64,000 nt of DNA from Dicyema japonicum (taxonomy: Eukaryota; Animalia; Dicyemida), in assembly GCA_011109175.1 (NCBI GenBank), contig RDEW01000003.1, positions 2,119,761-2,183,760 of the forward strand, read 5' to 3'. Position 1 is the first letter of the stretch. Each line of letters begins with the position of its first letter. Of this stretch, positions 41,900 to 54,749 are shown piece after piece. The notes below the pieces were generated by a model, which had not been told where the DNA came from, did not search any database, and saw nothing but the letters and a program-made list of their open reading frames with translations. Both the position numbers and the translations under genes were made by a program.

Positions 41900-44200
41900 A
41901 ACCTAATCCTGGTTGAGTAAGATATGGATTAATAGCGAGAGTACAAGTTTTTCAAGTGTGCAGGTTAAGGAGATGGGCCTGTATGAAGCAGCATCTCCCT
42001 TTGGTTTCCCAACCTTCACTAATTTGTGATAAGCGATTTTTTCCAGTAGTTCACAGACAGGTTAAAGCTTATAGGGCGGTAGCTACTAGGATCTTCAGGA
42101 GGTTTTCCTGGTTTTCTTACAAAAACCAGTTCCGCCTCCTTCCAACGCCAGGAACGTAACCCAACCTGAGGCTACCGTAGTACAGCCTTACCATCGCCGT
42201 CAGCAGACTTGCAGACGCTTTCTTGAAGAGGGCCATGGGGATCTTGTCCTGGCCCTGGGCGTTGTTGTTCGATTTCTGGATAGCAGCTAGGACCTCCTCC
42301 ATGGTTATCGCCTGGTAAGAGGCGCTCGGGTCCTTCCGAAAGCTGCACATTCTGCGTCTCTCCGGAGTGATAACATCCTGCACACACTGACGGGCAGACA
42401 TCTCGACAAATTCCCTTGGACGAACTGTCGAGATGGCACCAAAACTTGCTGTAAATATCTCAGCAATTTCTGTCGGGTGATGATTCCTCCCCTCCGCTCG
42501 ACACGCGCTTCAGCTGCTTCCAAAAGTCCGGCCATGCGGGTTCACCCTCTCGCAGGCTTTCTAACATTTGTCGCTCTCCAAGTCCACAACCCCTTTTCTG
42601 ATCTCTCTCTTCAAGTTATTTATTTTCTTATTTTAGTAGATCCGGTTCTCCTCGAATTTGCATTTCGCACGGAATCTTATATACCTCTTTCTATGTGTTA
42701 TTTTACTTAAAATCGGGCCTAGAGTTCGCGTGTAGCTTTCACCATGAGGACGCATCCGGAGGTTGGTCCCCATGTATTCCTCGAGGATGTCGCGGAGGGC
42801 GGCATCCATTTTTTCCAGTTCTACTTCACTACAAACTTACTTTTTAAAAGAAGGGAGTTTTATATCCATAAACGACTCCAGGTTATCCCAATTGACAGAG
42901 CCCAAGTCATAGCCAATTGGGCCTGAGGGGCCGGTGATCACTTTCAATGCTCCTTAGTACCCGAGGTAACGACCACATACCAATGAACGATGGAGAGGCT
43001 ATGGCCATTCCCAGGTAGTCCTCTCCTTTTATCACGTCCTTATGATTGGGATCCGTTGATGTTGTATCGGAGAGCCCAAGATCGCTTGCCAGGTCAAATA
43101 GTGCCGATCCCTCTTTAATGTTCGCAAAACAGCCAAAATCTGAATGCAAAACATTCAGATCGCCAAAAATGACGCAATCGGGATGTTGGAAGTCTTAATG
43201 TGATCTTTACACAACCACAACTGCTTGGCATACATTGGCCCAATAACGATAGTAAAACAAGGGAGCCTGACGAGTAATAATATTAGCTTGCAATGAGGGC
43301 ATTTGGAAATACCTTGAACAACTGCTGCTAGACTCGTCCTCAAATAGATACTATTGCCCGAACCTCGATGTGTATCATTCTACAAGAGATGACAACTAGT
43401 ATTGCCTCTAAAATCTGCAGCAGTTGTATCCTTGCAGTTGGTCTAATTGAGGACTAAGATGTCGACTTCCAGGGTGTCGAGAAAATCTTCAATGGCCTTC
43501 CTTTTCCTCCGGAGGGATCTTATATGATATTGAGCATCATTTCGGAGCATTTTCCTTCCTTAGCACAGCGCAATGTCCCTAAGCGCGTTAAGGAAAATAG
43601 AGCCGGAAGTGCTCCTTCTACCATACGATAGATAGCGCTTACATCGCTAGCCATTCCAGAAGAGGGCGCCTGCCTTCTCCCCTTTAGTACCTTCTCCGTA
43701 GCCTTTTGATACATGGGCATCTTGAGTGGCTTGCCCTGTGTCCTTCATCGCCACAGTTCACGCACTTGAAAGATCTGACTTTAGATTGGCAGTCTTCCGC
43801 GAATGTGGACCCCCGCAATTAAGGAACTTCTCTTTATAAGTGTATCGGGAGCTGGTGTGGCCGAATCCTTGGTAGCTATAGCACTGTGTTGCTGTTGGTC
43901 GCTTTAGGGCCACACTGAACCTAAAATAACCAATGCGTACTTTCTCAAGGTAGATCCTCTTTGCCTCTGCTCCAGAGCGAAGCCAGACCTTCAAGGTCCG
44001 GAGCGTTCCCCCACTCTTGAAGTCATAATTAACGGGGTGAACTTTTCCTGTTGATGCGACTGACCAGCTGTCGTCATCTCTGATCCTGGTGTTCTCGTAT
44101 GCTCACTTTTATTGAGTTGGCTTTTGGTTTTCAAAGACTTCAAGTCCATCAGTTGGTATCGTTTCACAAGATTTCTTCGTTTATGGGGTAAATGTGCGAG
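41900..44200 (-). mobile_element. Degenerate LINE with gag-like CCHC ORF1, APE and start of RT
   Basis: QCY..QGFGH..CGGPH knuckles, EVDILVLN, SDHRP, AQGQDKIP..LFK. Confidence 0.65.
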
Positions 44201-44630
44201 AGTTGGGGTAATGTAGGTATAAAATTCGTATATGATAAAAGAGAATACACGTTCTTCACAATAGTGGGCCTCTCTGGAGATCCTCACTATGTATCCGGGG
44301 ATAGATGATGTTGGTGTAGAGGATGAGAGCTTAGATTTCTGTATGAGAGCGAGGTCAACTTGGTTTACGGAGATGAGATCCCGAAGTTCCAGAATTTTCT
44401 TTTTAATTCCATTTGCCTTTAGTTGCAATATTATTAAATCCCCACGTGGACCAGTGTTTGTTTCAATGTCGCCACATACGAGAATCTATAGTCCAGAACA
44501 ATGATGACGCCAGACGGAATCAAAAGCATACAGCATAAGGGAACCACCATAAGAGACGATCCAATCTGGTGTAGAAAAGATAGTGACTCTGTTCCTTTTT
44601 GTTGAGTCACAAGACACCACGCTAGCATTA
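44200..44630 (-). mobile_element. Truncated APE LINE 5' part with a degenerate 2A-like motif
   Basis: ILVCGDIETNTGP followed by LIILQLKANGIKKKILELRDLI..DLALIQKSKL, paralogous to the 36525 element. Confidence 0.7.
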
Positions 44631-44929
44631 TTAAGTCTTCTGTGATGGGAGCATAGGATTGTAGTCATTAAGCTACCCGGTCAATAAATGTCACTACAAG
44701 TTAGTTAAATTCACTCCCGGGTTACCCATAAGCATATGAATACTTAGGGTTCCACTTGTGTCGTGTTCTTCATTATGCGTTCTACTAGTTTTCTCCACGT
44801 AACTTTCCTCCTCGCACGTGTCCTCATAGTTTAGTGTTCGAAGTGAGTCCTCTGAGGTTATTGTTATTAAAAACCAAAAATCACAGACAAATTAAATAAC
44901 TACATAGCCGTCAGATGATTCCGGCCGCC

Positions 44930-45570
44930 TCGAGTTGCCATCTCATTCTTACTCGCTGTTCTTCCCGGGTTCCAACGCATTTCCGGATTGGGCGGGGTTT
45001 CTAACTTTTTTGAAACGTAGTAAGGCTCCAGTTTTCCTCACTAATTCCTCAAAAGGTGTAGGGTTTAGAGGTGTCCAAGAAAACCTTTGCATCATGGAGA
45101 TCATTCTAACTTCAGGTGTGTTCCGTAAAGTCGACAAAATTACTGATGGGCTGAAGAGTTGGTCGTCGGTTTATGAAGAAACCCTTCTTGATCCACACAG
45201 ATTGAGGAACAGACCAACATTTCGTACAAAAATACTCAATCGACCACTTTGGAAGCGGATATCGACCAATTTCACTGTCGGCTTGCATTCTATCAACCTC
45301 TTCCCCCACAGTAGTGATTGGCTGAACGCGTTTCCATCATTTCCAATTGGTTCCCTTTTGAAACAGGACGCCCTCCGAAATGGGATATTCATTCGTCTCG
45401 GATCGACCTGTACCAGCCTCATCCGTGCCCTTATGGATCCATTGTGAACTGCAAAGACTTCCCCCACTCTCTTGCTGTCTCAGCAGTGGCCGGTTCCCAA
45501 AGCATGCCGCCATCAACTGAGTTGTGAAGCGCTCTCATGAGACGGCTAATTCCGTCAATGGGGGCTGCTC
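44930..45570 (+). mobile_element. CRE-like fragment
   Basis: SSDWLNAFPS..GSLLKQDALRNGI.IRLG..HPCP. Confidence 0.7.
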
Positions 45571-45959
45571 TAACTTTCGAGAATTTCAAATAAGAAAATA
45601 CGACCGCCTCTCAACAAATTATATGTACAGTCCGTAGTCGAGACGAGCTGAGTTTTCGTTCCCAAGATGGTGTCTTCTCTAAAATCGCGGGGGTCAATAT
45701 AACGAAAGCGAGTAACAACGTCAGGGAACTGAGTGCCTGTTCCAAAAGATTTCTCAGGCAGTTGTCAGGGGAAACAGCACTCAATTACTCTAGCTGGATT
45801 ACTTTGATTGTTTTGTACGTAATAAATTATTCTTTCATTTTTTTATTGTTGAAGATAACATAGGCAGAAACTATATTCACTTTTTCAGTGTCATTCGTTA
45901 CTATTCGTCAGAGTTGGTGATGAATAATGATGTTCTCGGGCCCTTTTTTTAATAATCCG

Positions 45960-46560
45960 AATTGCTTTGAACATTTTGGTTCATCTTTATACCTTTCGAT
46001 TTACTCTATCTGTTTGTCGACTTTTCCTTTCTCCATGGAAAGAGAATCCAAGACCAAATGTCGACAATCAGAGTCAAAGTAGTTATATGTTACCAATTTC
46101 TTCCGAATGGGTCCCGCAAGGATCCTCTCTCACCCATTCTCTTCAACCTCTTTATGAGAGACATGCCTTCCAACAGTAGTGACGATACTCTGTTCCTATC
46201 CTATGGTGACGACATAATCCTGTTAACAAGGGACCAGTGTATCCACAAACTTTGTAAAAACGCTACTTGGATACTAAAAAAGATGTTTCCACTCAACATT
46301 AAATCATCTATACCAATATATACTACCGTCAATCGGCTACTGCTGTGCGGAATGGGGTACTAACCTATCCTATACCAACCTAAAGATAATAAGCTCCTTC
46401 CAAGAAATAGTAAAGATGACTCTATGAAGGTCTTCCTCCTCTGTACTAAAGCCAACCCGTTCGAGGAACTCGTGAGAACGGAGCCAAATATCGGGAGCCC
46501 AGTTGAAACCTCAAACATCCGAAAAGTGATTCATCTATACAGGCAGTGTGTCAGCTCTCG
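45960..46560 (+). mobile_element. LINE RT fragment
   Basis: LSPILFNLFMRDMP..SYGDDI. Confidence 0.6.
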
Positions 46561-46911
46561 GGAGGAACACAAGAAAGGATGAGGCGACTGTTTAAGGAGG
46601 CTGGGATCACCTGACGGCCCCCACTCTCTTTTATTTTGTTGGTGATTCTTGTTTTAAGTAAATAGCGTCCAAGTTGATGTTTTTTTGCAATGAACTTCAA
46701 ACGTTGAGTTTTGAAAGTACCGAGGGAGAATGGACAACGAGTAATCAAGCGTGAAGAAGACATTTTTTAAAAAGGGACGTCACTACCTCAGCCAAAAGGG
46801 ATATAATCCCCAAGTTAAAGATTTCGAAATAAATATAGTCAACCACTCTATTGGTAAAAATACTAATTAATATTAAATGAATAAAACAATGAATAATTAA
46901 TAAAATAATAA

Positions 46912-49329
46912 ATGGCGGAAATTTATTTTACTGTTGTAATGGGTGATAGGCGTAAAGTTGCAAAAAATTTATTAAAAGGAAATACAGTTAGGACACACAA
47001 ACTGATACTTCCGATAGTAACTGATATTATTTACATTTACAGGTGTTACTGAAGATGAACAACTACTTGTTAATGAACATCACTCTAATTTGGAAAGTAC
47101 TCGTGTTGACAGCAATGAAACGTCAAATCAAATATTAGATCCCCGAGATAACGGACTTTTTTATTGTATTCACATTTATAATATCTAGGACGAATATTTG
47201 AGCTTATTTACTAACAAAACAAAAGTCGTGGAGAAACTAGGAGATCATCACGTAATAAATATAACCACGAGAAGTTACAACTAGAAAGTCTGCATATCTG
47301 GAAAAAATAAATGAACAAAGAGAAACTTCAAATTTACCAGTTATGTCTTCTCATCACACATCTTTATGTCGAATCGTTCTGTTACTCCACCTAAAAGTTA
47401 TCTTAAAATCTGGTTTTGGATGCAATGCCTGTGAGGGAATCTACAAGACAGGAGAGTAATGTTGGAGGAGAATCTTTATCTGACCGATCAATAGAGAGCA
47501 ATGTTCGAAGAGGTTCCAAATTGAGGAGGACTATAGAAGATAGCATTGGAAGGGATTCACTATTAGATGAAACTATAAAAGATACTACTGAAAGAGATTC
47601 TGTTTCGAAGGAGACTATAAAGATACTACTGAAAGAGATTCTTTTTCGAAGGAGACTATAAGAGATACTACTGAAAGATATTCTGTCTCGAAGGAGACTA
47701 TAAAAGATATTACTGAAAGAGATTCTGTTTCGAAGGGGACTATAAAAGATACTACTGAAAGATGTTCTGTTTCGAAGGGGACTATAAAGATACTACTGAA
47801 AGAGATTCTGTTTCGAAGGGGACTATAAAAGATAATACTGAAAGATATTCTGTTTCGAAGGGGACTATAAAAGATACTACTGAAAGATATTCTGTTTCGA
47901 AGGGGACTATAAAAGATACTACTGTGAAGAATTCTTCATTTGGGGTGGATAAAGATAATACTGAAATGAATTCTATCTCTGAGGAGACTATTGCAGATAA
48001 TATTGAGACGAATTCTTTGTCGGAAGAGACTATTGAAGATAATACTGAGATTAACTCTCCGTTGGAGGAGAATATGGAAGATAATATTGGAATGGAGATT
48101 ATAGAGGACAATATTGGGAATGATTCTGCTGTCTCCGAAGATTACATTCATAGTGATGTCGTATTAGAGGGTTCTGTAAAGAAAATTGAAATCCCAGATG
48201 GTCAAAATGATACAATAATTATGTCAAGAGAAGGAAAAAGACATTGATTGATAGTAGCGATGAGTCAGTTCACACGGATGTCAATGTAAAGTCAACTGTG
48301 GAATATATTCCCAATAATAATACAATGTATTAAATTAACTAAATGTAGTGTATCTAAAAAGGACGCACAAGTGATGACCGACATATTAATGACTGATTAC
48401 CCAAATATTCATAGAGTTCATTTGTGCTTATTCTAGTCAAAATATAATAAAAGACAAAAAAGACCCGTGCGTCGCAAAGTGCACGATTCAATGATGAAAC
48501 TTCGGAAAATAGATGACTATGATGATATGGTAGAGAGGTTCCGTGGAATAAATGAGGTCGTCTGTCTTATATATCTTAGAAATTGTCTCGTCGGGGAATT
48601 CGAGGGAGAATAGGTTAACACTCCATAAATATTGTAGTAATCCCTGAGAAAGGACCCCCGGATGTAGAAGATCAACAAGAGTACGAGTCGTAGGTTTGGA
48701 TATACCTAATGGAGAGAGGATAGAGTATATGGATAAAGGACGTTTGTTATCAATTAATATATAGGTGGACTGGAGATTGTGGAATAACAAAGACAACATT
48801 TTCAAGTTTATCTACATATCATCTTAGATGTTTATCGTAGAATTCCACTTAAGAAAAAGGATCCAAAAGAAGTTGTTATCCCCAATTTACTAACGATTTG
48901 AGAGAGGAAACGACAGAAGGTTATCTATTATCTTGATTATAGTATGCGTTCGATTGGAGGCTAAAGTCGTGGGGGAGTTTGAGGGGTATAGAATCTACTC
49001 GCATTTGGGTGAATCGTTCAATAAGTTAGGATATTTGATTATATCACCTCACTCAAACAAACCAACAAAAGTATTAAGTGGAATATCTGTGGTTGTAATA
49101 GTATTTTATTAGTAGTATTACTATGTTACTACTGGCTATGTTTATGTAGAGCAAGGGGATAATAATCCTGTGGTTTTTGAAAAGTTTAGTGCATTCTTTA
49201 TTCCCGATGGTTATTATTTGTTATAATCCTATTAGGTGACTCTTACTCTATTACTAATAGTACTGGAGGACTGTTAGATTAACATATGTACTTGATTCTG
49301 ATGCTACAACGTGCATAACTAATTTCTAA
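46912..49329 (+). CDS. CENPC: Centromere protein C (Mif2/CENP-C): acidic repeat region, CENP-C motif, C-terminal cupin
   Basis: TPGCRRSTRVRVVGLDIPNGERIEY (48654-48728) aligns without gaps to the vertebrate motif TPNVRRTKRTRLKPLEYWRGERIDY. Spliced C-terminus YRIYSHLGESFNKLGYLIISP..YYVTTG..FFIPDGDSYSITN fits the CENP-C cupin. Start, exon borders and final stop (49282 or 49329) are uncertain because of indels. Confidence 0.75.
47455..48106 (+). repeat. Coding 42-nt (14-aa, DTTERDSVSKGTIK) tandem array
   Basis: Eight near-identical units at 47581-47914 (two are 41 nt, at A-runs), with progressively diverged units on both sides. Confidence 0.92.
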
Positions 49330-49350
49330 TTATTGTGTTTACTTTTTCTA

Positions 49351-50576
49351 TTAGTTAAATGGGGGTTCAGAGTAAATATCAAAGTCGGGTGACTATTATA
49401 ACTACTTATTAAACCTGTATATGATGGCAGTGTAGGTTAATGTGTAAGTTGGAAGCATCTAGGGTAGAGTTTGATAGACAGATAACACAACAGTTATCCC
49501 AGGACATTGTTTCTTAGCTTCTTCATATTCTGTCCGATTTCCATAATAAGGAATATTATAAACCATATTTTTCATAGATTTTAGTTCATCATTAATCTAT
49601 GTAGATAAATATGAATACTTGGGTCAGTGTGGCCTCATATCCCCCTTTCCTTTATTAATCCAAAACAGTGATTGTTGTACAGCCAGTCATTTACGATCGG
49701 GAACCCAAGGTACTGCAGATGTACTCGAATTTGATGAGTTCTTCCAGTTATTAGATGACCTCAATTATAACATGTATTCCAACATTTAACAAAACTGCAC
49801 CCTTCGTTGTAAGAAATTCTCTCGAAAACAGTCATCGACTTCTTACCTTCCAGAGAAATAACCGAGAAGGTTTTGTTGACACATAGAATAGGTAAATGGC
49901 ACTCGACGATGCCACTGGAACTTATATTTATCATACTTTGGAAAATTCCCTTCTACTTGACAAATGTACTCCTTTCTTAGCTTTCCTTCATCATCCGATA
50001 ACATTTGACGATATCTATCAGACATTTTAGAAGATTTGGCAAATATTAGCAGTCCTGACGTGTCTCTGTCCAATCTATGAACATCTTTAATATCTCAAAA
50101 CACAAACTTAGTAAGGGACCAAAGTTATACTCATGTTGAATTATTTGCTTTAGTGAATTGTAGTAATATCTCCCAGATTCGTGAGTTACCATGGAGGCGG
50201 GTTTATCAACAATGAGGATATCAGAGTCATTGTGATGAATTTTTATGTCTTCATTCTTTACCGGCATTTCGTGACTAAACTAAGGTGATATTCCAACCAA
50301 TGAGCATGTAAAGTGAGCAAATCTTCACATTGGAGTTCATAGTCTATACTAGTTGGTTTCTTGTTTATCAGTAGACGATTGAGTTTGATATTGTCCTCCC
50401 TCAATGAACCATCTAATTATACTGTAATTAAATGGAGGTGTATTGAAGAAATGTTCATATAAGTAGGCGACTGTCAGTCCTACCCATTGTTTCTTGCAGC
50501 GAGCTCTGAAAGTCCTGTAATATGGGTGTACTTTCCGGAATCCGTCCTCAAAGTAATAAATCTGACTGTCATTCAT
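49351..50576 (-). CDS. RPUSD2: RluA-family pseudouridine synthase, RPUSD2/Pus9-like
   Basis: [67 protein letters not shown]. Confidence 0.88.
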
Positions 50577-50689
50577 TCTATTTAAATTTCTGTTTAAATA
50601 ATGAAAATTAACTTTATTTTATTAAACTTTTAAAATTCTTCATACAAACTTTGTGTATTTCCTTAGATGTCACTCATGTCTGCTCTGAA

Positions 50690-50882
50690 AAATACTATCG
50701 AATTATCTACAATCATACAGAAATTTTGAGCCGATGCCATGTCCAATGAGAAGAGCTGTTCAGGATTCTCGACCCCGCCGGACTCGTCCTTACCTTTGTC
50801 GGTCTGGGATCACTTAGTTAGATGAGAACTTTTATTTCTTTCTCTTTGACCCAGTGATCCTGGGGGTAATAATAATAATAAT
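50690..50882 (+). mobile_element. Short LINE 3' end with (TAA)n tail
   Basis: Near-identical reverse complement of about 14125-14310. Confidence 0.8.
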
Positions 50883-51425
50883 GTCGTGATTACTTGTAGG
50901 CTAGATTCCAACATTGCTACATGATCGAAGGATTCCTTTTTTGGTCTTTGCCAGCTTCAAAGCCCTAGCCTCGAATTTTCCGATTCACAAGTTTATTTTA
51001 ATGTTTGAAGAAACGTAATAATTTTGTGTTGACATGTTCTCCACAGTTACACTCCAACGTTTCACACTTTAGCACATCTGTGGTCAATTCTAGGTTATAG
51101 TCTTTGTAAAATTTGAGATGGCCATTTATTGACTTATTTTGTAGAGATATCCCTATGTTCAAAATGAGGATGCTCAAGTTCCCTGAAAACTTTGCTGGAA
51201 GAGAGGTATTAGATATTTTCTGTAGCTGAAGCAGTGGAAAATCAAATCCATTCTAAGAAAATCGGTATAAAGATAGGGTAGACGGACTCCAATTAACATA
51301 GGATAATTTTATTATATAAACCAAGAATTTCATGTGATAAACTAAATAATCTGTTTTTTATTTATAAATTTGTTAAATATTTTGTTTATTTAAATTTAAA
51401 TTTGTTTGACTGTTGTGTGCCAACT

Positions 51426-51937
51426 ATGGAAAAAAACAAGTTAAAAATAACTTCATTGAAAATGTAAAAAAACGAAAATTTTTGGAAGACAAGGCTCTTC
51501 AATCTGTCATGGATTTGATTGAACCAAACATTAAAATCGAGGATTTCGAATCAGCCGTAAAATATAATACTTATTTTAGCTGAAAAATCTCAACAAGCAA
51601 TATTACGAAGATGTCGAGGAGGAAAGATCAATTCAGCATGTTTGCGGTTATCCTCTGTGTGATTCACCTTTGAGATCAGTTTATTCTATATTCTACACTC
51701 TAGGTCCCCTCCCAAAAGTACAAGATTTCCCTTAAATCTAAGAAAGTGTATGACATCACAAACTTCAAAAAATTTTGCAGTGCGGAGTGTTTCGGGAAAT
51801 CTAAAAGAGTAAAGGACAGCCTCACTGCTGAGCCTGTGTGGACGATGACGAGTGAAGGGACATTTGTTAAGAAATTTGATGAAGATGAGGTATTTGATTA
51901 TTCCTTATCTATTGACCTCAATGACAAAATTGACTAA
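51426..51937 (+). CDS. RPAP2: RNA polymerase II CTD phosphatase Rtr1/RPAP2
   Basis: YEDVEEERSIQHVCGYPLC, QKYKISLKSKKVYDIT..FCSAEC..S..EPVW. Introns of 23 and 25 nt. An A-run near the ATG appears one base short. Confidence 0.88.
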
Positions 51938-52474
51938 CTCACTTTGGGCTTTTAATTTTTTGTACATAAAATATTTCTATTTATTTAACAAACTACCCTT
52001 ATCATTATTCCAAGAACTACGATCTGTAAATGATGAGTGTGTGGCTTAGAGGGAGGAATTTTTTACAATATCTCCTATGAAGCTACGTATCTTTTCTCGA
52101 TTATGATCATTAACTCTTAGGGGATTGAAATTTCTCAAAATAGAGCGTAACCTGAAAATAATTGAACGTACAAATATCATACCAACTATTCAAGCGCCTA
52201 TTTGGCAGATGGTTGAGCTGCTTACGTACTATCGCACAAATGTCTCAACCTTTTCAAGAGGAATGTGACCTAGACCTGCGCAGTAAGCAATTATTATGAG
52301 AACAAAAAGTCGCCATTAAATTAAGGGGAACAAGTATTAGGAGATCTCGGCTTCTCTTAGTAACCTCCTCATGGTTTTCTTCCTCAGATTCCACTCACTC
52401 TGTATTCTCGCTTTATAGGTAACGTGTAAGATGAACTGCATCCCAGTCCTCCTGACTAAGATCTCAAAGTGAGT

Positions 52475-52567
52475 AGGGTCTTTCACTGGACGGAAAACTT
52501 ATTTAGAGTTCCAGCATCTAAAGGGTCTTTCACTGGACGGAAAACTTATTTAGAGTTCCAGCAACTA
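52475..52567. repeat. Two-copy 47-bp tandem duplication
   Basis: AGGGTCTTTCACTGGACGGAAAACTTATTTAGAGTTCCAGCA at 52475 and 52522. Confidence 0.9.
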
Positions 52568-53473
52568 AGGACTGGAAGTCCTTGGTGAAGATTAAATGGA
52601 GATATTAATTTGTGTCATTTAGTGGATTCGGAAAAAGACTTGAAACAAGCAGAGCTGAGATCAAACTTGGATCTGCGAGCGAGCAATTCGTGAAATATCG
52701 ACACCCTTCCGCTGAGGTGGATAATATTTCCATTGCTTAACCTCCACTCAGGCAGGACACACACTTAATTTTTAGGATAGGAGGAGATGCATTATCAACC
52801 TGCAACTACCAAAATTATGCAATGGTTAATGCCCTCATTTAATAGAAGCAATTATTTAACAGGGCAGAGAAAGGGAGAGGACGTATTTGCCGTGAAAATA
52901 CCATTAATTTCTCTTCAAGATTTGAGTTCGTGTTAAGACAGTATGACGATGAATAAATCCCATTAAAAGTGGTAGGCCTTACTTTCTTAATGACAGTAAG
53001 GAGCTCAAGAGATGGGAGGTGATCGAAGAAAATGCCACGCGTCTCACTACGACTCGAGGTGGCTTATGGAATTCTCTGAGTACATCACAGACTACGTCTA
53101 CAACAACCTTTCAAAAAAAGGCAGCCTTGAGCTCTTTACTACGAAAAACCGTCTCCTCAATTCTACCCCTCAATTTTATTAACGCATACCTCTCCCTTCA
53201 TGTTTATTAACTTTTCTGAGAATTTCTTCCTTTCTCAAACTCAAAAACATAATCGGTTTCTGGATTCGCATTACTCGAGTAATGAAACCTCTCGTAGGAG
53301 TCGACAAAAAAAACAAAGCAAAAAATTGACCAATGGCTATTAGAGGGATTTGAACTATGGCAAGACTCGAAAGTCACCACAACCACCTAACCATCTGGCC
53401 ACCTCATTTTAACTTGTCTTTTATGACCTTTTTTTAAACTCTTTAACTTGATATTATTGAAGGTCAAAATATT

Positions 53474-54050
53474 TACCGTATTTACCGGTGTATATGTCGA
53501 CCCCTAAAATTCGACGAAAAATTACGATTTTATGATATATCCTATTTATGATATAGAAAGTGATTTATTATTAGTTAAGAAACATTAAATTAGAATTATA
53601 AATTGCTTACATAGAGTTCAAAATCCGTCTTCATCGTCACTATTTCCAAAAAGCTCGTTTTATTGATTTTCGTATAGTCTGTCTTCCGTGGCCTGCTGTT
53701 CTCACGAGAAAAGTTTTTTTTCACTTTTGACAGATACAGTTTTCCATGTAGGCATATCAAACCATAACGGTGTTTCGTCCATATTTCCAATTTGTGATAA
53801 TTCATATTGTGTTTTTCTCATCTTGATTACAATTAATTTAAAGAGTTATCTTTTCCTCTAATCTTCAGCCAGTTTCTGAGCAACTTTAGTACTTTGTCGT
53901 AGCACAAGGTCTTTTCTCTTTAAAAATCGTGAACACCAACTAATAGTTCCTTTGGAATCGGTAATCTTATTTTGTTTGGCACAAGCCAAAGCTCGCAAAT
54001 GAATCATATTTCATGTGATAACGAACCCACACTTTCGTTGCTCCTCGACC
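53474..54050 (-). mobile_element. Internally deleted pogo-family DNA transposon
   Basis: CENP-B-type HTH (WCSRFLKRKDLVLRQSTKVAQKL) and GNMDETPLWFDMP. TA followed by the TIR-like CCGTATTTACCGGTGTATATGTCGAC at 53474-53501. Confidence 0.78.
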
Positions 54051-54749
54051 CATCATAAAGTTCTTGTTTAACTGCTGGCCACTGGCAGCCTTTCCCTTTA
54101 TTAGCACATTTGTTTCTTGGCATCACTGCTAGCTGTGTTCAACTCTAAGATCATTTTCTGTGACTGAAACCCCAAGATTCTTTCATCTTTTATAACTCGA
54201 CAAATTTCTTGGAATATATTTGTCCCTTTGATGAGTGGTGAAGTGAACATGACAAAAGAAATTCTTCATAAATTTAAAATCCGGGATTACTCTTTTTACA
54301 AACACAATTAATTGTTCTATGTCAGTAACATCTTAAGAGCAGTTAATAGCCAATGAATAGTAAACGAATTTGTTTTTAGCACTAAAAATATTTATTTTAT
54401 AAAAATTACTCAACAAGCTGAGAATGAATACTATTTGATCTAGATTCAATTCTTCTAGCAACTGTTTCATTGCTGAGTGTTAATTTTTCACTATATCTTG
54501 GATCCTTTGAGAACAACATTCTTCGAAAAATATTGTAGTAGCCTCCTTTAAAATTTCGCCATCAGTTGATATGCTTTGCAATAAGGTGACTAATTTTTGT
54601 AGAAGCCATATTTGTATCTACTAGAAAGACTTCATTATTCAGATGATCCAAAAGCCAGGAAAATCGAGGACAGACCCCCTGGGCTATAGACCAATTATTC
54701 TGGTAAACTCAATCTCAAAAACATAGAGAGGCTAATTTATCAAAAACTT

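Noticed and set aside
52475-52567. CRISPR-like repeat
   Set aside because: Only two adjacent copies with no unique spacer, no cas genes, and a eukaryotic context.
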